DNA from: Lama guanicoe | Taxonomy: Eukaryota | DNA length: 64,000 nucleotides | Direction: 5' to 3' | Assembly (NCBI GenBank): GCA_013239625.1 | Contig: MU053629.1 | Span: 4,615,567 to 4,679,566, forward strand | Part shown: positions 13,586-25,918 of the stretch, in pieces | How the letters are laid out: each line of letters begins with the position of its first letter | How positions within the stretch are numbered: position 1 is the first letter of the stretch | Program-made: the position numbers and the translations under genes | The notes under the pieces: model-generated | Database searches by the model: none | What the model saw: only the letters and a program-made list of their open reading frames with translations | What the model was told of the DNA's origin: nothing

Positions 13586-13711
13586 AGGGACAGGGTATAG
13601 CTCACTGGTAGAGTGTGTGCTGATCACGCATGAGGTCTTGGATTCAATCCCTAGTACCGCTATTAAAAATACATAAATAAACAAACTTAATTACCCGCCT
13701 CCCCCCAAAAT
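13586..13711 (+). mobile_element. tRNA-derived SINE (camelid Vic-1-like)
   Basis: A box 'tagctcactgg', B-box-like 'gattcaatcc', AT-rich tail; TSD aaagtgaaaaacag (13572-13585) / aaagttaaaaacag (13712-13725). Confidence 0.88.
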
Positions 13712-14555
13712 AAAGTTAAAAACAGTTTCCCCTGAATTGGCTTCACTCAAGTGCTAAGTAAAATTTGAATGGTTGATGGTCTTTCTTAAAAAAAAAAGTG
13801 TTTGAAATAAACGAATTTGTTCGAGGTAAGTGTACGTTTCTGTGCTGAGTTGGACTCAGTGGTTGATATTTTAGGGAAAACCACAAAGCCTCAGGACATA
13901 CTGCAAAGTGCCTGGTCCTCCGAGTCAAGGCCTTGTGGCTCCTCAGAACCTTGGGTTCCTCCTCTAAAAGATGGGAATTAGATGAAGTAATTTCTGAGGT
14001 TCCTTCAAGCTCCAACATTTTATAACGGTTTCAGGAAAGAAATACTACGTAACTGGAAGAATGTAAAAACATGAGACGTTTGAAAAAGTCCTCATTTCTC
14101 TCATGCCTAAATATCTACTTTAGATGTCATTTTTACTCACCATCCTCTTCTGCTTTTGCCTGATGTATGAATTACAAGACAATTATGTTTGTAATGGTTT
14201 CAGGGTCATTCCTATCTTCCTCTTCTGAAAATAACCAATGTGACCAAAATAGGGTGTGTAAATTAAGGGTGTGATAACTTAACTGACTTTTAAAGCCATT
14301 AATACTGACCTTTGAGACCTGGCTTTTTCCTGGGTCCCATCAATCACTTCTATACCACCTCCCTCCCCCAGTCCAAAGTGTTAGACGGATGTGGACACAG
14401 TTTGTATTACTGGAGGTTATGGTGATGGGGAGGAGAAAGAGAGAATGAATAGGAAAAACACCATATTTTTTAGTTGTTACATTTCATAGTGAATATAGCT
14501 GTGTTGAATTTAGAGGTGAATAAATGCGTGAATGTTGATTCCCTTGTATGTTTAG

Positions 14556-14624
14556 GTCATACTACTAGATATTACACTGGAACTTCAGAAGCAAATTATG
14601 TCTGAATTGGAAATTCTTTATAAG
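14556..14624 (+). CDS. MAP2K5: MAP2K5 coding exon (~exon 10), 69 nt: VILLDITLELQKQIMSELEILYK (alphaC helix)
   Basis: tttag|GTC acceptor and AAG|gtaatt donor; phase 0-0, in frame with the previous exon. Confidence 0.97.
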
Positions 14625-14716
14625 GTAATTTTTTTCTTGGTTATTTTCCCTTGTAAAACATGCCTATGATATTGGCTTGCAGGTTTTTAACCACTTTTGT
14701 CTGATTTTTGTTACAG

Positions 14717-14798
14717 TGTGATTCATCATATATCATAGGGTTTTATGGTGCATTTTTCGTTGAAAATAGGATTTCAATATGTACAGAATTCATGGATG
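14717..14798 (+). CDS. MAP2K5: MAP2K5 coding exon (~exon 11), 82 nt: [27 protein letters not shown](G)
   Basis: ttacag|TGT acceptor and G|gtgagt donor; contains the hinge motif TEFMD. Confidence 0.97.
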
Positions 14799-16436
14799 GT
14801 GAGTTTTTCCTTTCATAATACTTTAAAAATAATTTGGGGGTAGAGTGCTTTAAAACCTGATTTTGATATAGATATCAAGTAGAATTAAAAATAGTTAAAA
14901 TACAACTAGATAAAATTTTTTTTAATTTTTAATAATAGTTAAAATATACTAATAATGACTTCCTTTTTGCTCTAAAACATCCTGGTGTTAGGGGTTCCTG
15001 GTGTTAAATATTTATAGCCGAGCTATAATTTCAAGAATGTAACTTCATTTACTTTTATTGAAAATTTAAATAGAACAGATTAAATGCTAGTCTAATCGGT
15101 GGTTTGATATTTGATTCTTCCATACAATCTGTCTTTTCTTACAAAACAGATGTTCTGTTCTTCTAATGTTTCAATAGCCAAAACAGATTTTCTTCTAAAG
15201 AAATCTATTAACCCAATGTCCTGTGTCTTTTAGAAAGAAATCGGTTCTTAATTGCAAGATAAGAAATTGTTTTTCAACACAGCTGTTTAGCCAAGATGTG
15301 TTTAGTTTTTTGTTTTTTGTTTTTTTTTGGACTCCAGCCCTTTCCTCCCTTCTTTATTTTTCATTCAATCCTCTTTTGGTAACTCTTTTTCAATTTGAAT
15401 ATTATGGCAAAATGCAGATTTCTTGATATCCCGTTAATGAAATGATGTCATCATTGTTACTGTTTACCCATTTTAAATCAAAACAGTCTTTCAATTTCAT
15501 ATTTTCAAATTTTTTAATGTCTAGCTCATTAAAACAACATTTTAAAAGTATGAACTTTTCAAAGTAAGACTTAGTTCATTTGGGGGATTCTCAGTATATT
15601 ACTAATACAATTAGTTTATGCCTTGCAATACTTTTTGACGAGCCAGCCCTGATGTCTTCATACTGTAATAACGTGTGCTAAGTTAGTTGCAGTGTATATC
15701 AAGAATTCAAAGTCTTACAGCCATATGGATATTCAGGGGACTTACTAGAAAAAGTGGGTTCAGAGAGCCAGTACATGTCATTATTTTATGACTTTTCATC
15801 ATTCTTTCTTGAAGTCTTCAATTTTTGTTACGTTAAAAATTATTTATTTAGATGATGTATTCAAATACCATAAAATTCAGTCTTTTCATGTGTATAATTC
15901 AGTGGTTTTTAATATATTCAGAAGGTTCTGTAACCATCACCACTAATTCCGAAACATTTTTATTGCTCGAGAAACAAACTCCCTACCCATTAGCAGTCAC
16001 TCCCTACACCTTCTTCCCTCTAGTCCCTGGCCACCACTAATCTATGTTCTTTCTCTATGGATTTCCCTAATTTGGACATTTCATATAAGTGAAGTCATAC
16101 AATATATGGCCTTTGTGTCTGGCTTCTTTCACTTAGCATAACATTCTCAAGGTTTATGCATGTTGTAGCATTTATCAGTACTTCATTCCTTTTTATGACT
16201 GCATAATAGTCCATTGTGTGGATGAACCACATTTTATTTACTCATTCATCACTGATGGCTATTTATGTTTCCACTTGGGGGCTATTATGACTGATGCTAC
16301 TGTGTACATTTGTGTACAAGTTTTTGTGAGAACATGTGTTTTTAATTCTCTTGAGTATGTAAGTAGGAGTGGAATTGCTGGATCATACAATAACTCTATT
16401 TGACACTGCTAAACTGTTCCATTCCATTGTACATCA

Positions 16437-16573
16437 CAATTTTTTTTTTTTGGTTGAGGGAGGTAATTAGGTTTATTTATTGGTTTATTCTTAGAGGAGG
16501 TACTGGGGATTGAACCCAGGACCTCGTGCATACTAAGCACGCACTCTACCACTTGAGCTACACCCTCCCCACC
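16437..16573 (-). mobile_element. tRNA-derived SINE (Vic-1-like) inserted in L1
   Basis: Minus strand reads ggggagggtgtagctcaagtggtagag...gggttcaatcccc; perfect 13-bp TSD ccattgtacatca (16424-16436 / 16574-16586). Confidence 0.92.
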
Positions 16574-17411
16574 CCATTGTACATCAGTTTGCATTCACAG
16601 TGATTTTTGTATATTGATCTTGTATTCTGCTACCTTGCTAAATTTGTTTCTTAAACTCTAACAGGTTTTTGTAGATCCCTTAGGGTTTTTTATATAGAAG
16701 ATCATGTCATCTGCAAATATAAGTAGTTTTACTTCTTCCTTTCCAATCGGGGTCCTTTTCTTTCTCTAATGCTTAATTACCATGACTCAAACTTTCAGTA
16801 CAATGTCGAGTAGAGGTAGTGAGGGCAGACATCCTTCTTCTGCTCCTAATCTTAGAGAAAAAGCTTTCGGTCTTTCACCAGTAAGTGTGATGTTAGCTGT
16901 GGGTTTTTAGTGGATGCCATTTGTCAAGTTGTAGAAATTCCTTCTCTTCCAACTTTGTTGGGTATTTTTATCATAAAAGGGCATTAGATTTTGTAACATG
17001 TTTTTTCTGTGTCTGTTGAAATGATCATGTGTTTTTGTCCTTTATTCCATAATTATGGTATATTACGTTAATAGATTTTTGCATATTGAACCAATTGTGA
17101 CATTCCTGGGATAATTCCACTTAGTCGTGATGTATAATTCTTTCCATATGTTGCTGGTGTCACTTTGCTAGTATTTTGTTGAGGATTTTTGCATCTGTAT
17201 TCTTAAGGGATACTGGTTTGTAGTTTTCTTTCCTTATGATATCATTATGTAATTTTGATATTAAAATAATTCTGTCCTCAAAGAATGAGTTGGACAGTGT
17301 TCTCTTCCATTTTCTTGGAAGAGTTTGTGAAAGATTGATGTTAATTTTTCTTTAAACATTTGGTGTAATTCACCAGTGAAGCCATCTGTTCCTGGGGTTT
17401 TCCTTCTGAAT

Positions 17412-17954
17412 TGTTTTTCTGGTCAAGTGGCATCTGTTGTCTGTTATTAAGAGAAGTCCAGGCACTTCTGCCCACTGCATCTTGGTACTGGAGTCACCTA
17501 GAAAAACACTATGCAGTCAGGCACTGGATTGAACAATGCTTTACTCACATAAAAAAAAGAGACCGAGCAAGCAAGATCAGCTTCAGTAGTGGGTGTCAGT
17601 TCCCCATGGCTAGCAGCAGTCCCTCCTGGCAGTCTGTGTAGGGCAGTTGGTCTGCACGTACCCATCTCGTGTTGCAGCAGAGATAGCCCCCATTCCACCC
17701 TCCTCCCCTGGAGTCAGAAGTGCTGAAAGCTGGAGGCATGCCTGAGGTCTGTTGATGCACATGCTCAAGCAGGACAAAGGAGTACATATTGAGCCTGAAA
17801 CAGGGAAAGATATTCCAGAATAAGAAGGTAAACCGAACACAGGCAATGTGGGCTCCGTATCTCTTGGTAAGCAAGTATTCCAAGTCCAAGGCGCATTCTT
17901 AACGTGGCCAAGTGGAGTTTGCAAGACTGTGTGTGTAAGACTATCTTTCCTTCA
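17412..17954 (-). mobile_element. Probable ERVL-class solo LTR nested in L1 (family unresolved)
   Basis: ~0.5-kb block of higher GC interrupting L1 ORF2; TG...CA termini; AGTAAA polyA-like signal on the minus strand (~17540). Confidence 0.55.
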
Positions 17955-17957
17955 GAG

Positions 17958-18330
17958 TTTTTTTTTTAATTGTGGTAAAATACATAAAATATATTCTTTA
18001 CCATATTAACCACTTTTAAGTGTGTAGTTCAGTACCAATAAGTACATTCACATAACTGCAACCACCACCACCATTCATCTCCAGAACTCTTTTCATCTTG
18101 CAAAACTGAAACTCTATACCCATTAAACCATAGCTCCCTTTGCCTTCTGCTCCAAGGCTGTGGCAGCCAACATTCTGCTTTCTGTCTGAATGAGTTGGGC
18201 TACTCTGGCTACCTCATCTAAGTGGAATCACACAGTATTTGTCTTTTGGGGGCTTATTTCACTTTTCATAATGTCCTCAAGATTGTTGTGGCATATATCA
18301 GAATTTACTTCCTTTTTAAGACTGAATAAC
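17958..18330 (-). mobile_element. Second L1M 3' end nested in the long L1
   Basis: 'tttttaattgtggtaaaatacata...aaccaccaccaccattcatctccagaactcttttcatcttgcaaaactgaaactc'. Confidence 0.8.
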
Positions 18331-21300
18331 AATTGTGAATAGATTTTTTTTACCAACCAATATCTTTATTAATTACAGGTAGTTATAGATTTGTTCAGAA
18401 TTTCTGTTTCTTCTTGAGTGAGTTTTGGTAGTTTGTGGCTTTCTAGAAGTTTGTTCATTTCATCCAGATTATCGAATTTGTTGGTACTCAGTTATTCCTA
18501 ATCATTTTTATTTCTGTAAAGTTAGTATTAATGTTCTCTCTTTCATTCCAGATTTTAGTAATTTGAGTCTTCTCTCTTTTTCTCTTGGTCAGGGTAGCTA
18601 AAAGTTGGTCACTTTCTTTGTCTTTTTCAAAGGACCAACTCTTGGTTTCTTTGATTTTTGTCTTTTGTTTTTCTTTTGTGTCATTTATCTCTGCTCTAGT
18701 ATTTATTCATTCTACTCACTCTGTGTTTAGTTTGGTCTCCCTTTTCTGTATTTCTAAGCTGCAAAGTTAGGCTATTGACTAGGAGAACTTTTTAATTTAA
18801 TGTAGGTATTTGCAACTGTACATTTCCCTCTAAACATTGCTTTAGCTGCACCCTAGACGTTTTGATATGTTGTGTTGTTTTTGTTTTTTTTTGTTTTTTT
18901 GTTTTTTGTTTTTTTCATTTTTACTTATCTTGAAGTATTTTCTAATTCCCCAGAAAGATAATCCCCTGTGATTTCTTTTTTGGCCCATTTTTATTTAGGA
19001 CTGTGTCATTTTCCACATGGAATGTCCTTCTGTTGTTTATTTCTAATATTTCTTTGAGGTCAAAGAACGTACTTTGTATGATTTCACTTCTTTCAAATTT
19101 ATTAAGATTTGCTTTATGCCCTAAAATATTGTCTGTCCTGGAGAATGTTCCATGTGCACTTAAGAAAAATGTATTCTGCTGTTGATAGGTGGGGTGTTCT
19201 TGAGATGTCTGTTAGGACTAGTTGGTTTGTGGTGTTGTTTAAGTATTTTATTTCCTTGTTAATCTTTAGTGCAATTGTTCTATCTGTTGTTGAAAGTAGG
19301 GTATTTAAGTGGGGTATTTTTGGGTTGTCTACTTCTCTGTTCAGTTTTGTCAGTTTATGCTTCACATACTTTGGCATTCTGTTGTTAGGTACATATATGT
19401 TTATTATTGTTATATCTTCTTGATGAATTGACTCTTATCATAATAAAATGTGTTTCTTTGTCTCTAGTCACGAAATTTATATGAATCTATTTTGTCTGAC
19501 ATTAGTATAGTCATCCTGGTTCCCTGTTGATTACTGTTTGTTTGTTTGTTTCATCTTCTTCCATTGTTTATTTTCAACTTATTTGTGTCTTTGAATCTAA
19601 AGTGCATCTCCTAAGGACAGCATGTATTTGGTTAATGTTTTTATCCATTCTGTAAATCTCTCATTAATTCATTTATATTTAATGTATTAACTGACAAGAT
19701 AGAATTTATATCTGCCATTTTACTACTTGTTTTTAAGTCTTGTGTCTTCTATTTTCCTCCAAACCTTTATTACTGCTTTCTTTTATGTTAAGTAGATATT
19801 TTCTAATGTACTATTTAAATTATCTTGTGGGGTTTTTTTTTTACTGTATTTTTAAGGTCCATTTTTGGTTTCCTTGGAGACTGCAGTTATCATTTTAACA
19901 TGTAGCAACTTAGTTTGGATTAATATCAACTTCCTTTCAATAAAAAGGTGTACAAAAACTTTGCTCCTATGTAGCTCCATTCCTTCTCCCTCCTTTCTAC
20001 TGTTATTGTTGTTTGTTACATCCTTATATGTTTTACACTCATCAACAAAGATTTATAATTACTGCTTTATGCGGTTGTCTTTTAAATTGTGTAAGAGGAA
20101 AAAAAAGAGTTACAAACAAAAAAAATGCTCTTTATTTCTTCATGTGAATTTGAGTTACTGTCTAGTAACTTCAATCTGATGTTCTTTCAGTCTGAAGGAC
20201 TGAATTTCTTCTAGGGAAGGTCAACTGCTAATGAATTCCCTTCGTTTTTGTTTATTTGGGTATGTCTTATTTTTTTCATTTTTATAAGATAGTTTTGCTG
20301 GGTATAGAATTTTGGGTTGATAGTCTTTCCCTTTGAGCTATTTGAATATACCATTCTCATTGCCTCAGATTTCCATGGTTTCTAATGAATAATCAGCAGT
20401 TAATTTTTTTAAGAATCCCTTGTAATTGATGCATTGCTTATCTTACTGCTTTCAAGATTCTCCTTTTGTTTTTGTCTATGGACAGTTTTATATTGTGTCT
20501 AGGTGGAGGTCTCTTTGAATTTATCCTTCTTGCAGTTTATTGAACTTCTTGGATATGGAGATTAATGGTATTATGAAATTTGGAAACTATTGGGCATTAT
20601 TCCTCCAGATATTCTTTGTACTTCTCCTCCTCGCTTTCAAGTCTCCCCATTATGCATGTATTGATACACTTTATGGTATCTTTCAGGCCTCTGAAAATGT
20701 GTTCATTTTTCTTTATTCTCTTTTCCTTCTGTTCCTCAGACTGGATAATCTCAATTGACCTATCTTCATATTCCCTGAATCTTTCTTCTGCCTGGTCAGA
20801 TACGCTGTGGAGAAATTTTCATTTCAGTTGTTGTCCTTTTCAACTACAGACTTTATATATAGACATAGGTACATTTATATATGTATGAATATATGCATAT
20901 GAATGTATATATGTGTATAGGTGTGTTTGTGGGAGTATGTATCATTTCTGATTCTTTATTGATAGCTTCCATTTGGGGAGATGTCATCTTCATACTTTAG
21001 TTCCTTGCACATGGTTTCCTTTAGTTATGTGAACATGTATTAAAATAACTGACTAAAGATTTTTTTCCAGTTAAGTCCAACATCAGAGCTTTCTTAGGGA
21101 CAGTTTTCTGTTGATTGCTTTCATTCCTGCATATGAGTCATACCTTTTTGTTTCTCGACATGTCTCATTTTTTATTGAAAAATGGACATTTTAAGTTATA
21201 TAACGTGTTTACTCTGGAAATCAGACTCTCCTGCATCCCCAGGGTTTGTTGTTGTTGTAAGTTTGTTTAGTGACTCTTCTGAACTACTCCATAATGTTTG

Positions 21301-22329
21301 TATCTCCAGTATATGGCCACTGAAGCCTCTTTTCAATTAACTTACTGGTTAGGTAATGACTGGACAGAGACTTCCTTAAATGCCTGAGGCTACGTCTCCC
21401 AGTCTTTGCTGAAGGGCTCTGAGTGTGTTGGGGCACAGCTTCAGTCCTGTCCCAGGGGCTGGAGAGCAGGCACTGGGAATGTGGCAAGTTAAAATGCCGC
21501 AAAGCTTGCCGCTCCTACCAAGATTCAGGTGTTGTCCTGAATAAATAATTCTGAGGTTGGCTAATTTCCAGAGTTCTGAAAAAGTTCATTCTGACAAATT
21601 TTGCCCGTTTCTTCTGGGGAAAAGAGAATTTTCAGAGGACTTTTGCCCTGCCATTTTCAGTGATGTCATCTTTTAGTTAATATTTTAATACTTTATGCCC
21701 TTATCTTAAACTACGCACAAATATAGTCTTTATAGACTATATTTAACACTCTTTTTTGAGACTCCTCACTCCTTAGACTTGAGCTGCCTAAAGCCTTCTC
21801 TTACTGCTACTTAGCAGCTTCTCTTTACTCCGTGCTACCTGGTCCCCGAACACTAAAATTTCCCACTTCTTCATTTTGTTCTCCCTTTCCCATCTTCTGT
21901 GTTATTTCCCACATCAACAACTCTAAAATTTTCTCACCCTCCCCCAGATTTTACCTACCTCTTTCTCATTCAGAGAGAAAATAGACTATCATGTGTGAGC
22001 ACTCACACTTCCTTGCTCTTCCACCTGTGGCCCAGCCACGACTGCACACGCCTGATCCGCCTCTCCCATGAAGCGCTGCCCAGGGTCAGTCCCTTTACAT
22101 GGGCGTCCCCTTGGTGGAGTTTCTTCATCAACCATCCGCTCTCTTTCGGGCCTTCATTCTCTCTAATACAACAAAACATTCCCTAAAAATGCATACACCA
22201 AAAACTGTGTACCATCCTCTTCCATTCCCGCTCTCCTCTTCCCAGTTAATCTTCTAACCACCTTTCTCTCAGCCCTAATACTATTTCTCTAGTGTAGACT
22301 CTCATTGTTTGTTTTAATCTTACATTAGT

Positions 22330-22900
22330 TGTTTATTTCCGAGTATTTATTGAGCATATTCTTTTAGACATTGTTCTAAACCCGGGGGCACAACAGTGAA
22401 CAAGACTTGATCTCTGTTGGTATGGGGCTTAAATTCTAGAAGGGGGAGACAGACGGGAAATGTGCAGTACACTCTGAGAGACAGACAGGTCTGGTTAGAA
22501 CCTAAAGCAGGGTAGATGATGACTAATAAAGAGAGGGGGTGCTAGATAGGACAGTCAGGGGTGGCTTTTTTATGGGGGTGGCATTTTAGCAGAGTCTTAA
22601 GGTCATTGAGCCAGCGCAGGGAAGGTCATGGGGAAGATCTTCCAGGCAGTGGGAGTATCAAGTATAAATGCTCCAAGGTAGGAGCAAGCTTAATTAGTGT
22701 CCCACAAGAGAAGGCCAGGGTGCCTTGAGAGTGGTGACGAGAGGACCTGCGGCCAGGTAGGAGGCCAGAGAAGTAGGCAGAAGCTGGATTGTGTAGGCCT
22801 TGTAGGTCATGGAAAGGAGCTTGGATTTCAGTCTGAATTTATTAGGATGCATTAGAAGGTTTGAAGTGGGGGAGTGATGTGATATGCCTTCTCATTGAAT
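22330..22900 (-). mobile_element. L2 fragment
   Basis: 'tatttattgagca...cagtgaacaagac...ggccttgtaggtcatggaaaggagcttggattt'. Confidence 0.7.
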
Positions 22901-23938
22901 CAAAATCAGATCCACTCCGAAGCAGCCAAATACAGCATCTCAGAATTTATGCACGTGTATTTGGGTTACCATCATGGGAATACATTGTTCCCCTCAAAAC
23001 CCATGTTGCAAAGAAAGAAAGAAAGGGCTCTTTATTTTTTCAACTGGGAGAAACTAAGAGAGCTTCTGAAATTTTTGCTTGTGACTCCAGATTTCCATTT
23101 TGTTAGTATTAATAACAATCATGATCATTTTAAGGAAAATGTTAGGATGAATATGACAGCGATGTTGCCTTGTTCATGTACCACAAATTTGTTTATCCCA
23201 CATGCAAGAAACTACTTTATATTTTGACCCTGTATTAGGATAAGCATGGACATCACCCCATGAGTTCTTTTTGGCTTAGTTACATGAAGATGATAGCCCT
23301 AATTCATCAGTGGAAATGGGTACTTGTTTGGCAGTTAAAATGCGTTATTTGCTAGTCTATTAGCACTCCTCCTCCTGGGTCCCACAGTGGATAGTGGCAT
23401 GCAAGAAATGACTAACTAGGGATGATCTGGGGCCAGAGAACCAAAGGAAGTGGCAGGTCACAGACAGCAAACCAATGACCTTGAAATCATGAAGAAAAGG
23501 TTCAAACCAGTCATGCAACAGATAAATGAGTCAGATCTGAAGCCTTGAATACCAGTGTCTCAGCTAAGATTAAACCGTCTCTCTAAGTATGTGTTGTTGT
23601 AATATCACATTGCAGTGAGACTATAAAAAGTTCACATGTGATTCTCAAGCTATGTGATGTTATGGGGAAACCTTTTAGATTTTTGCAGTTCTGGGAATCC
23701 AAGGGCTCAGATCTTTTCTGAGCTCTGGCATCAACTGTCTCTCAGCCGGGACTAGAATACTTACCTCTCTGGGACTCAGCTTCCCCCATCTGTCAAATAA
23801 AGTCATTGGATCAAGCTTAAATGTCCCTCCTGCACTAGCGTTTGATGATTTGATGAGTCTAAGGATTGCCTTTGGGGGATGGGCATATAGGATAGAAATG
23901 ATAGTAAAACTCTGTAAAAATTCAATTGAAAACTCTTT

Positions 23939-24095
23939 GGGGGAAGGGTATAGCTCAAGTGGTAGAGTGCATGCCTATCATGCACGAGGCCCTGCATTCA
24001 ATCCCCAGTACCTCCTCTAAAAATAAATAAATCCAATTATGCACCCCACTGCCAAAATAATTAAATGATACAATAATAAATAAATAAAAATTAAA
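23939..24095 (+). mobile_element. tRNA-derived SINE (Vic-1-like)
   Basis: gggggaagggtatagctcaagtggtagagtgcatg...ttcaatccccagtacctcc plus AT-rich tail. Confidence 0.9.
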
Positions 24096-25856
24096 AAATG
24101 AAAACCCTCTGCATTTTTAGCCTGGTAAGAATTCACCAGGCTTAGTAGGAACTCTTGATTCTGAGTGGATCGGCCACATCTTTTTTTTTTTTGCCTCTGA
24201 CATTTATCTCTAATTGTTATGACAAGGACAGGATGAATCTGTGATGGAACAAAGCCAGCTATGTAAAGATTTACCATATGGATGGCTAAGGAGAGTGGGA
24301 TATAACTGAGATTAAGTAGATATTTACAAAAACCAGTGAGTTACCTCAAAATGGGATTCTTTGTTTGGTTTGTTCCACTAATGTAGTAACATAATCTCTG
24401 GTGTTTTTCATTTGGTTTATTCATTTAGCTGTCCATTTAGCTAATTAAGCCCTACTTTATATCCTGTAAAAGTAAATCTCCTCTTAAGAGTTCTTACTAG
24501 TATATGTGAATAGATTTGCACCTCCTAGTTTTGAGCCACTGAAGCTATTCACTTCCTAAGGGATTGCCCCAATAAACTGCGTTTGTCAGTATTCCAAATA
24601 CCAACACGTAAAGCTTGATCCTGAGATTGTTCATCCTTGCAACAGCCAACTCATCTGAAAGATCGATGAGAACATGAAGTATTTTTCTACTGTATGTTCA
24701 TTGCGTCTGTAATAAAAATGCTGTTTTAGTAAGTAAAGATGGTTCAGTTCATTACATAGGTGTCTTTTTTTTTTTTTTTCAATTTTCTTCCTAGTAGCAC
24801 CCAGAGCCAAAGTATAAGGTTCAGTTACACTGTGGTTTTCCAGCTTCTCATAGAATCTGGAAACTACAAGCCAAAGTTACCTAAGGAAGTGGTGATTTTC
24901 CTGCTTTTAACAGGATAAGTACAAAGCCAGTAGCTTTATATATATGTATTATGTATAACATTTTGTTACAGGAAAAAGTAATATAATTTTTTTCTAATGT
25001 TCAGCTTTAGAAAAACTTGACATATGAAAATATTTATTTTTGCGAAATGGACTTAACTGCATTTCTAAAGGATACTATATGCTCCGTGTTAATATCTTAT
25101 GAGGCATACTTGTAATTCATACCGTGGTAAATTTGTTAAATATGAATTCTAACCTCTGATAAAAACAAAAATTGTTTCTCAAATATGTTGAATAATTCCT
25201 TTATGGAACTGAAAGATTGTACATACCACCTTGACTCAAAGAAAGTTACTGCATGTGGTTAAAATAGTTCTTGTATAATCATATCATTAATGTGAGTAAA
25301 GCAGTGATTCTTTGCATATCCTTCTAAAATTCTTATCCTACGTGTGTAAGATGAAAAATTTAACAAGCATACTCAAATTTATACTTCCAAATAAATAGTT
25401 TTTTTAAAATAGTTACCTAGGACAGTTATGCACTTATTTCAGTGATACTGTTGCTACAAGTGGTTTGCAGTCCCTACTTTTGAAGCTGTTTTCAGAGCAA
25501 CTTAACCTATCTGGTGAAATTCATAGTGATTTTAATTCATTTGTCTGTTCATCTGATAGATATTTATTGAGCATCTACTCTTCGCTAGCTGTACTCATTT
25601 CTAGGTTGATGAAAAGTAAAAATGAATAACATGGCCCCTGCCTTTTGAGAATAAAAATGGAAGTATTTAGTTATGCTTGATGTGGAAGTAAAATGATGTC
25701 ATAAAGTTGGACTAAAAAGCTAGTTTTACTCTAGGCATCCAATGCATGATGGAAGCAGAAGGGAAAAAAAGTCTCACAGTGGATGCACAGAGGAGGTCCC
25801 CAGCATACTGTTCTCATAGTTTCATTTGTTGTAACGCAGCGTGTTTGTCTTCACAG

Positions 25857-25918
25857 GAGGGTCTTTGGATGTATATAGAAAAATTCCAGAGCATGTCCTT
25901 GGAAGAATTGCAGTGGCT
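25857..25918 (+). CDS. MAP2K5: MAP2K5 coding exon (~exon 12), 62 nt: (G)GSLDVYRKIPEHVLGRIAVA
   Basis: tcacag|GA acceptor and GCT|gtaagt donor; completes the split Gly codon from the previous exon; visible in ORF 25841..26116. Confidence 0.97.

Larger units (their letters stand above)
15835..21670 (-). mobile_element. Long, degraded L1M (3' UTR, ORF2, ORF1, 5' UTR) with nested insertions
   Basis: T-rich + strand; 3' UTR at 15840; ORF 19114..19377 (INKEIKYLNNTTNQLVLTDISRTPH...AEYIFL) resembles the L1 endonuclease; ORF1-like sequence at ~20200-20850. Confidence 0.85.

Noticed and set aside
17498..17924. Minus-strand ORFs suggesting a processed pseudogene
   Set aside because: No recognisable protein; TG...CA termini and size fit a solo LTR better.
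25854..25859. NAGNAG acceptor (CAG GAG)
   Set aside because: GAG is a very poor acceptor, and using it would only drop one Gly.
25881..25890. KIPE versus recalled human KMPE
   Set aside because: Conservative change; I recall Ile in other mammals too, so it is not notable.
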